From Prevotella phage Lak-A1, in sequence record MK250016.1: a stretch of DNA of 32,000 nt. One strand, written 5' to 3'. Below, piece after piece: positions 1-7,568 of this stretch (positions within the stretch are counted from its first letter, which is position 1; each line of letters opens with the position of its first letter). The notes beneath the pieces were generated by a model. It did not search any database and was not told the origin of the DNA. It worked only from the letters and a program-made list of their open reading frames with translations. A program made the position numbers and the translations under genes.

Positions 1-915
1 ATCATAGCCGTCTGCTACAATAGAAATAATACCATCAGGAAATTCATCAAGCATTCTCTTAAAATAAATTTCATCATCTGGAATACCAGAATCATTTGTT
101 GCATTTGAACATTCCACTGAATGTTCTGTTGCAGGTACTGTAGCTGCAATTAATTCTTTCTTAGGATCTGCTTTATAATAGTATTCAATCATTTTAATTG
201 CAGGTACTGATTCAGAACCGCAAAATGATGTAAGATGTGCCATGCCTGAAGTGATTGTAGTTTCAAGAGAACTCATACCTCTCATTGAAAAATCATGACA
301 CAAGAAATCAAGGTTAGACAAATCATTAGGATTATAAAAACCTGTTTTCATTGCATGTCTAACAAGTTCACGTCTATAAACATCTGAAATTGTAGCGGAT
401 GTCATTGGTTGCCACAAAATATTTGAAAGAATAGACTCCAAATAATTAGTAAGCCAAGCAAAATCAGGATGTGTGTTTGTGATTGTCAAAACAGGACATC
501 CGATTGGACAATATGAACCTTCAGGAAGTGCCTTAATTCTAATAGGGAGATAACCAAGCTTATGCAAAGCAATAATATGATCTACTCCTACTTTCTTTGC
601 AACTGCTTCACCAAGAAATGATGTAGTTAAATCAGTATATGTTTTTCTAACAGTATCTTCATCAAGGTTAAAGAAGAAATTATTAAACGTATTAATAAGA
701 TACTTCTTGATAAAATACTGAATACCAAATACAACTACACCTTCATTTGCCTCTGGGAGGTACTTATTTCCTCGTGGTGTAAAATTACTAAAAAGTTGTG
801 TCATTCCCTTAGGATACATACAGTGATGACCAAGCTTGTAGCCATCAGTCATAAGCATTGCATTGAGAAGTATGTCTTCTACCATTACATGCTGAGAATC
901 TTTTACGTTTGTCAT
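1..915 (-). CDS. nadV: Nicotinamide phosphoribosyltransferase (NAMPT/NadV-like), C-terminus cut off by window edge
   Basis: Minus-strand ORF from ATG 913-915 open to the window edge, so absent from the ORF track. Contains LMTDGYKLGHHCMYPKGMTQLFSNFTPRGNKY, CHDFSMRGMSSLETTITSGMAHLTSFCGSESVPAI and VPATEHSVECS, typical of NAMPT/NAPRTase family. No in-frame TAG. Confidence 0.87.
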   Translation of the reverse strand, partial: MTNVKDSQHVMVEDILLNAMLMTDGYKLGHHCMYPKGMTQLFSNFTPRGNKYLPEANEGVVVFGIQYFIKKYLINTFNNFFFNLDEDTVRKTYTDLTTSFLGEAVAKKVGVDHIIALHKLGYLPIRIKALPEGSYCPIGCPVLTITNTHPDFAWLTNYLESILSNILWQPMTSATISDVYRRELVRHAMKTGFYNPNDLSNLDFLCHDFSMRGMSSLETTITSGMAHLTSFCGSESVPAIKMIEYYYKADPKKELIAATVPATEHSVECSNATNDSGIPDDEIYFKRMLDEFPDGIISIVADGYD

Positions 916-1118
916 AAAATTAATTTATTTGTTTTTATTATTTGATTACAATAATAATCTGTTTGTTTGATTAACTGTAATCGTTATTTATATATTATGT
1001 TAACTTTAAAGTCTATATTTTTCATTAAAAAATAACATCCTATTTTCACAAACAAGATGTTATTATTTGATTTAATTTTTTATATGTTTAATTATAAAAA
1101 TAAAAAGGATCTTTTTAA

Positions 1119-1664
1119 TTAAGCAACTTCACGTACTTCCCAATCACTGATTTCTACATCATACTTTTCTTTGTTAATTGAAATAGATTTGATGTTCTTA
1201 AGCGACAATGTACGATATTCAATAACTGCAGTACTTGCCTTTTTCTTTGGCATAAATCTTTCCATATATGCTTTGTCAACTACAGAAATTGGTTCATCAT
1301 TAAGAATAATGTTATTCTTGCAGTAATTGTTAGGAATATAAATCAAACATACATTACCTGTACTGTTATACTGCATAATAACATTCTTAACAATATGACG
1401 TCTATTTGTATCAGTTGCCTTATAATCTTCTCCAAGGATTTTACTCATTGTTTTCTCGTAATCCTGACCGAAATGGAAAGTTACAGAGAAACTTGTGCGA
1501 GGCTGAAAGTCATCCTTGATTCTTTCCTTTGGAAGACCATCGGTGTTGAACTTATTCAACTTAATATCTGATTCACCATAAACGGTTACATATTTACCAT
1601 TACACTTAGCGTTTGCCATAATGTTGATAAACTCGTCTACTGATGTGATAATATTTGTATTCAT
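1119..1664 (-). CDS. hypothetical protein (181 aa)
   Basis: ORF track; promoter-like TATCTTTG element 41 nt upstream. Confidence 0.8.
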   Translation of the reverse strand: MNTNIITSVDEFINIMANAKCNGKYVTVYGESDIKLNKFNTDGLPKERIKDDFQPRTSFSVTFHFGQDYEKTMSKILGEDYKATDTNRRHIVKNVIMQYNSTGNVCLIYIPNNYCKNNIILNDEPISVVDKAYMERFMPKKKASTAVIEYRTLSLKNIKSISINKEKYDVEISDWEVREVA

Positions 1665-1704
1665 AATTTTTATTTTTTAATTGTTTATTATTTCATTAAC
1701 AATA

Positions 1705-1712
1705 CAAAGATA
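1705..1712 (-). promoter_or_regulatory. Bacteroidetes-type -7 box TATCTTTG within extended repeat AATAAAATGTGTATCTTTGTA
   Basis: Matches TAnnTTTG; upstream of the 1119..1664 gene. Confidence 0.65.
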
Positions 1713-1759
1713 CACATTTTATTCCAAATAAAAAAATATATAAAGATAAAAACTATATT

Positions 1760-1906
1760 TTATTTAAAATTGTCTCTGATGAAATTATCTATCACATCTT
1801 TTACAGAATTACATTTAAATTGTGTTTCAACATAACTACCAGTCCAATCTGTATGAACTTTAAAGTTATCTAAAAACCATTTAGAAATTTTTTCTTTATT
1901 CATCAT
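1760..1906 (-). CDS. small hypothetical protein (48 aa)
   Basis: Manual reading MMNKEKISKWFLDNFKVHTDWTGSYVETQFKCNSVKDVIDNFIRDNFK*; start overlaps the stop of the upstream gene. Confidence 0.5.
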   Translation of the reverse strand: MMNKEKISKWFLDNFKVHTDWTGSYVETQFKCNSVKDVIDNFIRDNFK

Positions 1907-2157
1907 TTTTGATTTTTTAAGTCATCAACCAATCGTTCTGTTTCTTTTAATAGAAAACGCAATACTATAAATAATCCACAAAGGATAAAAATAAACATAA
2001 TCCATAATATAGTATTATTATCATGTTTTTCCATTAATATAAAAAACATAATTATATCTATAGATGTAAACGGAAGAATTAAATATATTATCCAATTTAT
2101 TATATGGCGCCAAATTCGTTCTTCTATATAATTATTTTGTTTTATATTATTATTCAT
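1903..2157 (-). CDS. small putative membrane protein, two predicted hydrophobic helices
   Basis: ORF track; hydrophobic stretches IINWIIYLILPFTSIDIIMFFIL and IILWIMFIFILCGLFIVLRFLL. Confidence 0.65.
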   Translation of the reverse strand: MNNNIKQNNYIEERIWRHIINWIIYLILPFTSIDIIMFFILMEKHDNNTILWIMFIFILCGLFIVLRFLLKETERLVDDLKNQK

Positions 2158-2162
2158 ATTAC

Positions 2163-2540
2163 TTATTGTTTAATTTCTCTTTCTAAAATATTCTTTAATA
2201 CCCATAATAACATATTATATGCAGTTTCTAACATATTATCATCTGCCGTAGTTTCTGCATGATAAATATCATCATTTTTAATATATTGTAATTGAATACA
2301 TACAGGAGTAATAACAAGGAAATAATCTAATGTTATAATATCATCAATACGTTTATAAATATCTTCTAACGTATATGTATAAAAACCTAATTTACATTTG
2401 ATAATAGTATCAATATACTTTTCATTTTTATTTAAATTATATTGTCCCTTACCCATATAAACAAGGGAAGCATCTGAAACATCAAGACCTGCATTAATAA
2501 GAGTATCCATCTGTTTCTTTGTTAAAGCTATTTTGTTCAT
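2163..2540 (-). CDS. hypothetical protein (125 aa)
   Basis: ORF track; TATCTTTG promoter-like element upstream. Confidence 0.75.
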   Translation of the reverse strand: MNKIALTKKQMDTLINAGLDVSDASLVYMGKGQYNLNKNEKYIDTIIKCKLGFYTYTLEDIYKRIDDIITLDYFLVITPVCIQLQYIKNDDIYHAETTADDNMLETAYNMLLWVLKNILEREIKQ

Positions 2541-2566
2541 AATTATTTCGTTTTTATATTACTATA

Positions 2567-2574
2567 CAAAGATA
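2567..2574 (-). promoter_or_regulatory. Bacteroidetes-type -7 box TATCTTTG within AATAAAATATGTATCTTTGTA
   Basis: Upstream of the 2163..2540 gene. Confidence 0.65.
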
Positions 2575-2596
2575 CATATTTTATTCTAAATAAAAA

Positions 2597-2627
2597 AGAG
2601 AGATACTAAAATATAAAGTATCTCTCT
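2597..2627 (-). terminator. Rho-independent terminator
   Basis: Perfect 11-bp stem agagagatact/agtatctctct, 9-nt loop, followed by T6 on the minus strand just after the sigma gene. Confidence 0.85.
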
Positions 2628-2645
2628 TAAAATTATTATTAATTA

Positions 2646-3662
2646 TTACATGATATATTGTAAAAGCATTCTTGTTTCTTCATCTTGTCCGAGTTTTTTA
2701 TTAGCCTCTCTCAAAATCTAATTAACTCGTGTTTCTGTCATATTGTTTTCTTCTGCAATTTGCCAGGTATTTTTCTCAGGACGACCATTAATAGCATAGC
2801 ATGCACAAACAATTTCACCATTTCTTTTACCCATAACTCTCTTGATATTATCTTCAAGTTCTCTTGTTAAATCTTCATTTTCAAGACTACTTCCAGGCTC
2901 ATTGAAAACATTATTTGTTGTCATATCACCTAATGTTACTTTAGAATCTCCATCATCTCCAACAGATTGATCTAAACTATTTGCACGAGCATTTGCTTTC
3001 ATCGTCTATACAAATGAATCATAAGTTAAATTAGGATGTTTCTTAACTAATACATCATAAATATCATCAATATCAGGTTCATAACCATTCTTATTAAATA
3101 AACGTTCTTTTACACGAGCAGCTTCACGAGCAATACTACCCATATTACGAGGAACTGCCATATGACCACCTACTTCATCAACTGCCATCATAATCTCACG
3201 ACGAATATACCAAATAGCATATGATACAAATTTTACATCTTTTTCTGGTGTACTTGGATCATATGTTTCAGCTGCTTTCATAAGTCCAATATTACCATAT
3301 TGAATTAAATCTTCTTTAGGAATATTAAGATTTTTATACTTATTAACAACAGTAACAACAAACGGAAGATTTGCAGAAACTAATTTATTTTTTGCTGCCT
3401 CTACCTATCTCTTATTTGACGAATGCTGAATAATATCTGCAAGTTTGCATTCATCTTCATGTGTTAATCTTTGTTTCTTATTAATTGCTTTTAAATATGC
3501 TACAAATGATTTTGCTGTATTTTCATCCTATGTAATAGTAAAATCATCATGTAAATCCATATGCATTCCATTATTATCTTCATTAAGAGTATTTCGTAAT
3601 GAACGAGAAATACCTTCCATAAGGCTATTATACAATGCTTTCTTTTTATTAATTACTCTCAT
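2646..3662 (-). CDS. RNA polymerase sigma-70 family factor, 338 aa with at least 4 in-frame TAG codons read as Gln
   Basis: ORFs 3006..3281 and 2718..3002 are one frame. Read-through gives KLVSANLPFVVTVVNKYKNLNIPKEDLIQYGNIGLMKAAETYDPSTPEKDVKFVSYAIWYIRREIMMAV (region 2) and a C-terminal region 4-like WQIAEENNMTETRVNQILREANKKL. ATG 3660-3662, TAA 2646-2648. Confidence 0.87.
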
Positions 3663-3716
3663 ATTTTATTTAATAAATTAATTTCAATAATTTATTATAT
3701 TTATCAATATATAAAA

Positions 3717-3747
3717 ATAGAGAATAGTTATCCCAACTATTCTCTAT
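3717..3747 (-). terminator. Rho-independent terminator
   Basis: 13-bp perfect stem atagagaatagtt/aactattctctat, 5-nt loop, T-run on minus strand after the 3763..4314 gene. Confidence 0.8.
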
Positions 3748-3762
3748 TATAATTTAGTTATC

Positions 3763-4314
3763 CTATACAATATTTAATATATGTTTAATCTTTTCTATAT
3801 CATTATCTGTTATCCCTGTATAATTATCAATGTGCACAAAATTATTCATTTGTTTGTCTAACATATCTTTATCATCATCTATAATACAATACTCTATATT
3901 TAAATCATCACTATTAAAAAAATTTATATCATATAATACAATATTATATGTTTGCGCACTTTTATCTAATACAATCGTTAAAAAATCATCAATTTCTTTT
4001 CCACGTGGTATATTATCTAAATTTATATAATTTGGTGTTATTCCGACTATATATTTGTTTAAGGGTTTTAAATCTTTGTATCGTTCAAATTCATGTTTTG
4101 TTGCATCTAATGTAAATAGTCTCCAAGATGATGATATAACTAATCTTACATTATACTTTTCACAAAGTTCTTTTATTCTATAAACTGCTTTTTTATCGAT
4201 AAAAATATCACCACTATTTTTTATATATTCTTTTCCTTCATCATTCTCTGTACACCATATTGCATATTCTTCTGAATTCAAAACACCATCTATATCTAAA
4301 AATAAAAGTTTCAT
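3763..4314 (-). CDS. HAD-superfamily protein resembling the HAD domain of Swiss-Army-Knife RNA repair proteins
   Basis: MKLLFLDIDGVLNSEEYA and VRLVISSSWR motifs. Confidence 0.75.
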   Translation of the reverse strand: MKLLFLDIDGVLNSEEYAIWCTENDEGKEYIKNSGDIFIDKKAVYRIKELCEKYNVRLVISSSWRLFTLDATKHEFERYKDLKPLNKYIVGITPNYINLDNIPRGKEIDDFLTIVLDKSAQTYNIVLYDINFFNSDDLNIEYCIIDDDKDMLDKQMNNFVHIDNYTGITDNDIEKIKHILNIV

Positions 4315-4338
4315 AATTTACAATATATCTTATTTCAT

Positions 4339-4665
4339 TTAATCATCATCAAAATTATCATATATAGAAATTTTATTCTTTTTCCTCTCTTTATGTTTTT
4401 CAATACACGGGAAACAGTATTCACCAATACCTTTTATATATTTTTCATTTGTATATGTTGGTTCACCTTTAAAATTAAAATTTCGTTGTTCACCGTATGC
4501 AATATGTTTCTTCTTTTTCCATTTAACAACTTTATCATGTTGTACTTCAATATCTCGAAGCTCTTTATATTTATTTTTTATTTTATATTTTTTATCGCCT
4601 TCTATAACAAAACTAGATGAACCTTTTTTACTAATTTTATGTGACTGATGATAACTTCTAGACAT
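4339..4665 (-). CDS. hypothetical protein
   Basis: ORF track. Confidence 0.7.
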   Translation of the reverse strand: MSRSYHQSHKISKKGSSSFVIEGDKKYKIKNKYKELRDIEVQHDKVVKWKKKKHIAYGEQRNFNFKGEPTYTNEKYIKGIGEYCFPCIEKHKERKKNKISIYDNFDDD

Positions 4666-4963
4666 CTTTTATATTATATATTTTATTTTTAAAATGTTTT
4701 AAAAAATCTTGATATTGCTCATAATTTAATTCAATAAAATCATATTTTAATTTAAAATCAGTATTATTATTTGATAAACCATAATAAGAATCTGGTTGTT
4801 TATACAAAATCTGTTTATTGTAATAAATTTTATATGTATCGTACATACGATTTGAATAACCAGTAGGCTTATATATTTCGACAGAAATAATACTACTTAT
4901 CGGTATAATTTTACCATCTGATGTACTAATATAATCATATTTTTTCTTTAATTTTATTGACAT
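4658..4963 (-). CDS. hypothetical protein
   Basis: ORF track, overlaps the next gene by 8 nt. Confidence 0.7.
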   Translation of the reverse strand: MSIKLKKKYDYISTSDGKIIPISSIISVEIYKPTGYSNRMYDTYKIYYNKQILYKQPDSYYGLSNNNTDFKLKYDFIELNYEQYQDFLKHFKNKIYNIKDV

Positions 4964-4973
4964 ATTTTTTTAA

Positions 4974-5375
4974 TTAATATTCATCATCTATTTCATCACA
5001 TAAATCTAAAAATTCCTCCTGTATTGCATTATCCAAAATTTGAAATTCTCTGCGTTCGTTATATTCGTCTTCTGATTTAATCGCATCTGCCAAATCTGCA
5101 TCAATATCATATACTTTTCTTGTATCTGTTGACATAACACGAATCATATTATGAATTTCTTTTTGCTTTCTGAATCCATAATCAGAAATATATCGTTCTA
5201 CAAGAATTTCTTTTTTAAATATAGGAATAATACAAATGAGTTTCGTATTCATTTCATCTTTCTCACATGAATGAATACCAGGAATCAACAATACAGACTT
5301 ACCTGTTTCTACATTTATATTATATGATGTATTACTGCGAAGAAATACAAGATCACCAATTTTAAATTCTGCCAT
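4974..5375 (-). CDS. hypothetical protein
   Basis: ORF track; promoter-like element at 5416-5423. Confidence 0.75.
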   Translation of the reverse strand: MAEFKIGDLVFLRSNTSYNINVETGKSVLLIPGIHSCEKDEMNTKLICIIPIFKKEILVERYISDYGFRKQKEIHNMIRVMSTDTRKVYDIDADLADAIKSEDEYNERREFQILDNAIQEEFLDLCDEIDDEY

Positions 5376-5415
5376 AATTTTAATATCTTATTAATATTGT
5401 TTATTATTTACAATA

Positions 5416-5423
5416 CAAAGATA
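5416..5423 (-). promoter_or_regulatory. Bacteroidetes-type -7 box TATCTTTG
   Basis: Upstream of the 4974..5375 gene. Confidence 0.6.
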
Positions 5424-5458
5424 CACATATTATTTGAATTAAAAAAATAAAAAAAGAA

Positions 5459-5506
5459 AAATCTTAATATATTATTTCTATAATAAGAATATATATATTA
5501 AGATTT
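5459..5506 (-). terminator. terminator of the noncoding RNA / tRNA cluster
   Basis: 13-bp stem aaatcttaatata/tatattaagattt followed on the minus strand by a T-rich tract. Confidence 0.7.
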
Positions 5507-5529
5507 AACGTTTTAAGCCTATGAAATAG

Positions 5530-5630
5530 TAGATGTAGGGAGACTTGAACTCCCAAATTCCATACCTAGAATACCATGAAATAAACTCAAAATATTATTG
5601 AGTTGCGTTTACCCATTTCGCCATACATCT
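5530..5630 (-). tRNA. tRNA-like gene, class II layout (Leu/Ser-like D arm), anticodon not assignable
   Basis: AGATGTA...TACATCT 7-bp acceptor, D arm GCG-AAATGGGTAAA-CGC, T arm GGGAG-TTCAAGT-CTCCC. The central stem CTCAA/TTGAG closes loop TAATATT (A rather than U at position 33), followed by ~29 nt of variable region. Confidence 0.6.
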
Positions 5631-5842
5631 ATAAAAAGGTAGTTTCTTATCCGAATGCAGTCTAACTACCAAACCTTGAGTATCACATTTCGTACGTTTC
5701 CCAGATATTGTGACATCTGCTTACTATATTACTATAATAAGTTAATCCTTGAATCACTTAAACCTAATTTAATAGGGATACATGTCAATCCATGATTAAA
5801 AAGTCTTTAGCTTAACAATATTAAAAAATATCGCAAGGATTG

Positions 5843-5914
5843 CAGCCCTAATAAGATTCGAACTTATAACATCACAATTAAATATTATGTGCTCTACCAT
5901 TGAGCTATAGGGCC
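5843..5914 (-). tRNA. tRNA-like gene, anticodon would be TTT (Lys) if the standard register is used
   Basis: GGCCCTA TA GCTC AATGGTA GAGC A CATAA TATTTAA TTGTG ATGTT ATAAG TTCGAAT CTTAT TAGGGCT G; full cloverleaf, but position 33 is A. Confidence 0.75.
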
Positions 5915-6001
5915 AAGGTCTTATTTTAAATTTCCACGCAATAAGACCTTAGATTTTTGTAGATATGTGTTCATAGTACTTAAACTAATGCTTGTAAATA
6001 T

Positions 6002-6093
6002 ACTGACGTGTTAACCACTTCACCAATCGCCCATATATATTGTTTTTTGCTTTAATTGAGGGCAATACGGGAATCGAACCCGTGTTGGTCAGT
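6002..6093 (-). tRNA. apparently circularly permuted tRNA: 3' half (6059-6093) transcribed before 5' half (6002-6032), 26-nt spacer
   Basis: 5' half GGGCGAT TG GTGAAGTGGTTAACAC G TCAGT; 3' half ACTGA CCAAC ACGGG TTCGATT CCCGT ATTGCCC T. The halves form a 7-bp acceptor stem (one G.U) and a perfect 5-bp anticodon stem. No conventionally placed partner for either half was seen nearby. Confidence 0.7.
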
Positions 6094-6329
6094 AAAATTC
6101 ATGATGTATCACGAATGAACTATGACAATCTAACATTTACTGTAATACTAAAGCTCTTGACTCAATGCTAATGCTAAAATCTAGGATTTTGTTTATGCTA
6201 AATGTAATCAAGCTAATGCTTTAGTCAATTTACATTATTTATATATCAAACAATATACAAAGTCTATTTTTATTCTTAAAATAATTTCACTTAAATAAAT
6301 ATCATAAATGAAATAGTTATCGTAACTAA

Positions 6330-7547
6330 ATGAAAAAGAATAATTATCTATATGAAGAAATGATACAGGATATTTCTGTTATCGTTAAACATCGAATAAA
6401 TGAAGCATATGATAATCAACTTCTTGAAGAATATGGTGCAAAAGATATATTTAATGATGTAATGAAAGAAGCTACAAAAGATGGAAAAATCTTTTATACA
6501 CATCTTAAAAAATTTATTATTTATGTTATCAAAAAACTTCAAGAAACAAATCAATATAAGCAAGCAGAAAAAATGATGAATGCATATGTTCAGAAAATAT
6601 AGAAATATATAAATGAACATAAAAAGATTACACCTCGTCGTATGTTAAAAATTACAGTTACTGTATTAGCAATATATGGCGGTGTATCAATGGTATAGGA
6701 TTGTAAATCACTAATAAAATCACTACAAAATAATGTAGAAACATATGAGCAAACAGCAGAAGATATTCCAGATTTACAATAGGAAAATATTACTGTTGAT
6801 GAACCAGAAAATTTTGTAGTCAATGTAAAGGATGAAGCAAAATAGACATTAAGTGTTAAACATGTTTCATAGGAAGATATTAATAATTCTCCTGCAAATA
6901 AATTCGAACATGATAAGAATTTCAATTTTAAATCAAGTAACAGTGCACGTGAATTTATTAAAAAACATGAAATGCTTCTACTTTATCCTTATTATGCAAA
7001 TGAAGCTGAAGAAAAACAAGGTAAAGTAACTATAGGTTATGGACATGTTGTATTAGAAACTGATGGTGCATTATATCAGCAAATACAACAATTAAAAAAG
7101 AAAGGTCTTATAAAGCAGTCATTTACTCGTGATAAGAAAACAGGAAAACTTATATTAAATCCTAAACATTGTAAACCAATTATTACAAAAGTGCAAGCAA
7201 ATAAATTATTCTTAAAAGATATTAAGATAGCAGAAGATAGAGCATATAAAGCATTGCAAGATATGCCTACTGATGATGATAATGTTAAGTGCTATATGTT
7301 ATATAATCAAAAAATAAGAGATGGATTAACATCACTATGTTATAATGCTGGTAATCTTAAACATGATAAGTATTCATTTATAACAAAAGGACTTGCAAAA
7401 TGTAGATATGATTATAAAAACCAGAAAATTAATCCAGGTGATTATAATGTATCATTCAGTTATTTTAAAAATATTAAAGATAATCCTAATAGAAGAAATG
7501 AAGAATATAAGTTATTCTTTATGAATGCAAATAAATCAATGTCATAA
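6330..7547 (+). CDS. GH24-type phage lysozyme / endolysin, 405 aa with 5 in-frame TAG (6600, 6696, 6780, 6843, 6870)
   Basis: ORFs 6330..6602 and 6972..7547 are in the same frame separated only by TAGs. Contains REFIKKHEMLLLYPYYANEAEEKQGKVTIGYGHVV and LTSLCYNAGNL...RRNEEYKLF, with hydrophobic MLKITVTVLAIYGGVSM. Confidence 0.83.
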
Positions 7548-7568
7548 AAATAAAAAAATATTAATATA

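Noticed and set aside
2685-4620. Plus-strand ORFs 2685..2870, 3445..3681, 3830..4030, 4393..4620
   Set aside because: Antisense to well-supported minus-strand genes; biased hydrophobic composition.
5961-6032. Ordinary contiguous tRNA with a degenerate T arm (TAG TTTAAGTAC TA) for the GGGCGAT 5' half
   Set aside because: The following sequence has no pairing partner for acceptor GGGCGAT or stem TCAGT, whereas the adjacent upstream 3' half pairs with both. Residual possibility of a decayed tRNA is kept as the main alternative.
6348-6925. Minus-strand ORFs 6348..6620 and 6590..6925
   Set aside because: Antisense to the lysozyme gene, Phe/Ile/Cys-rich low-quality products; explained by reverse reading of the TAG-containing CDS.
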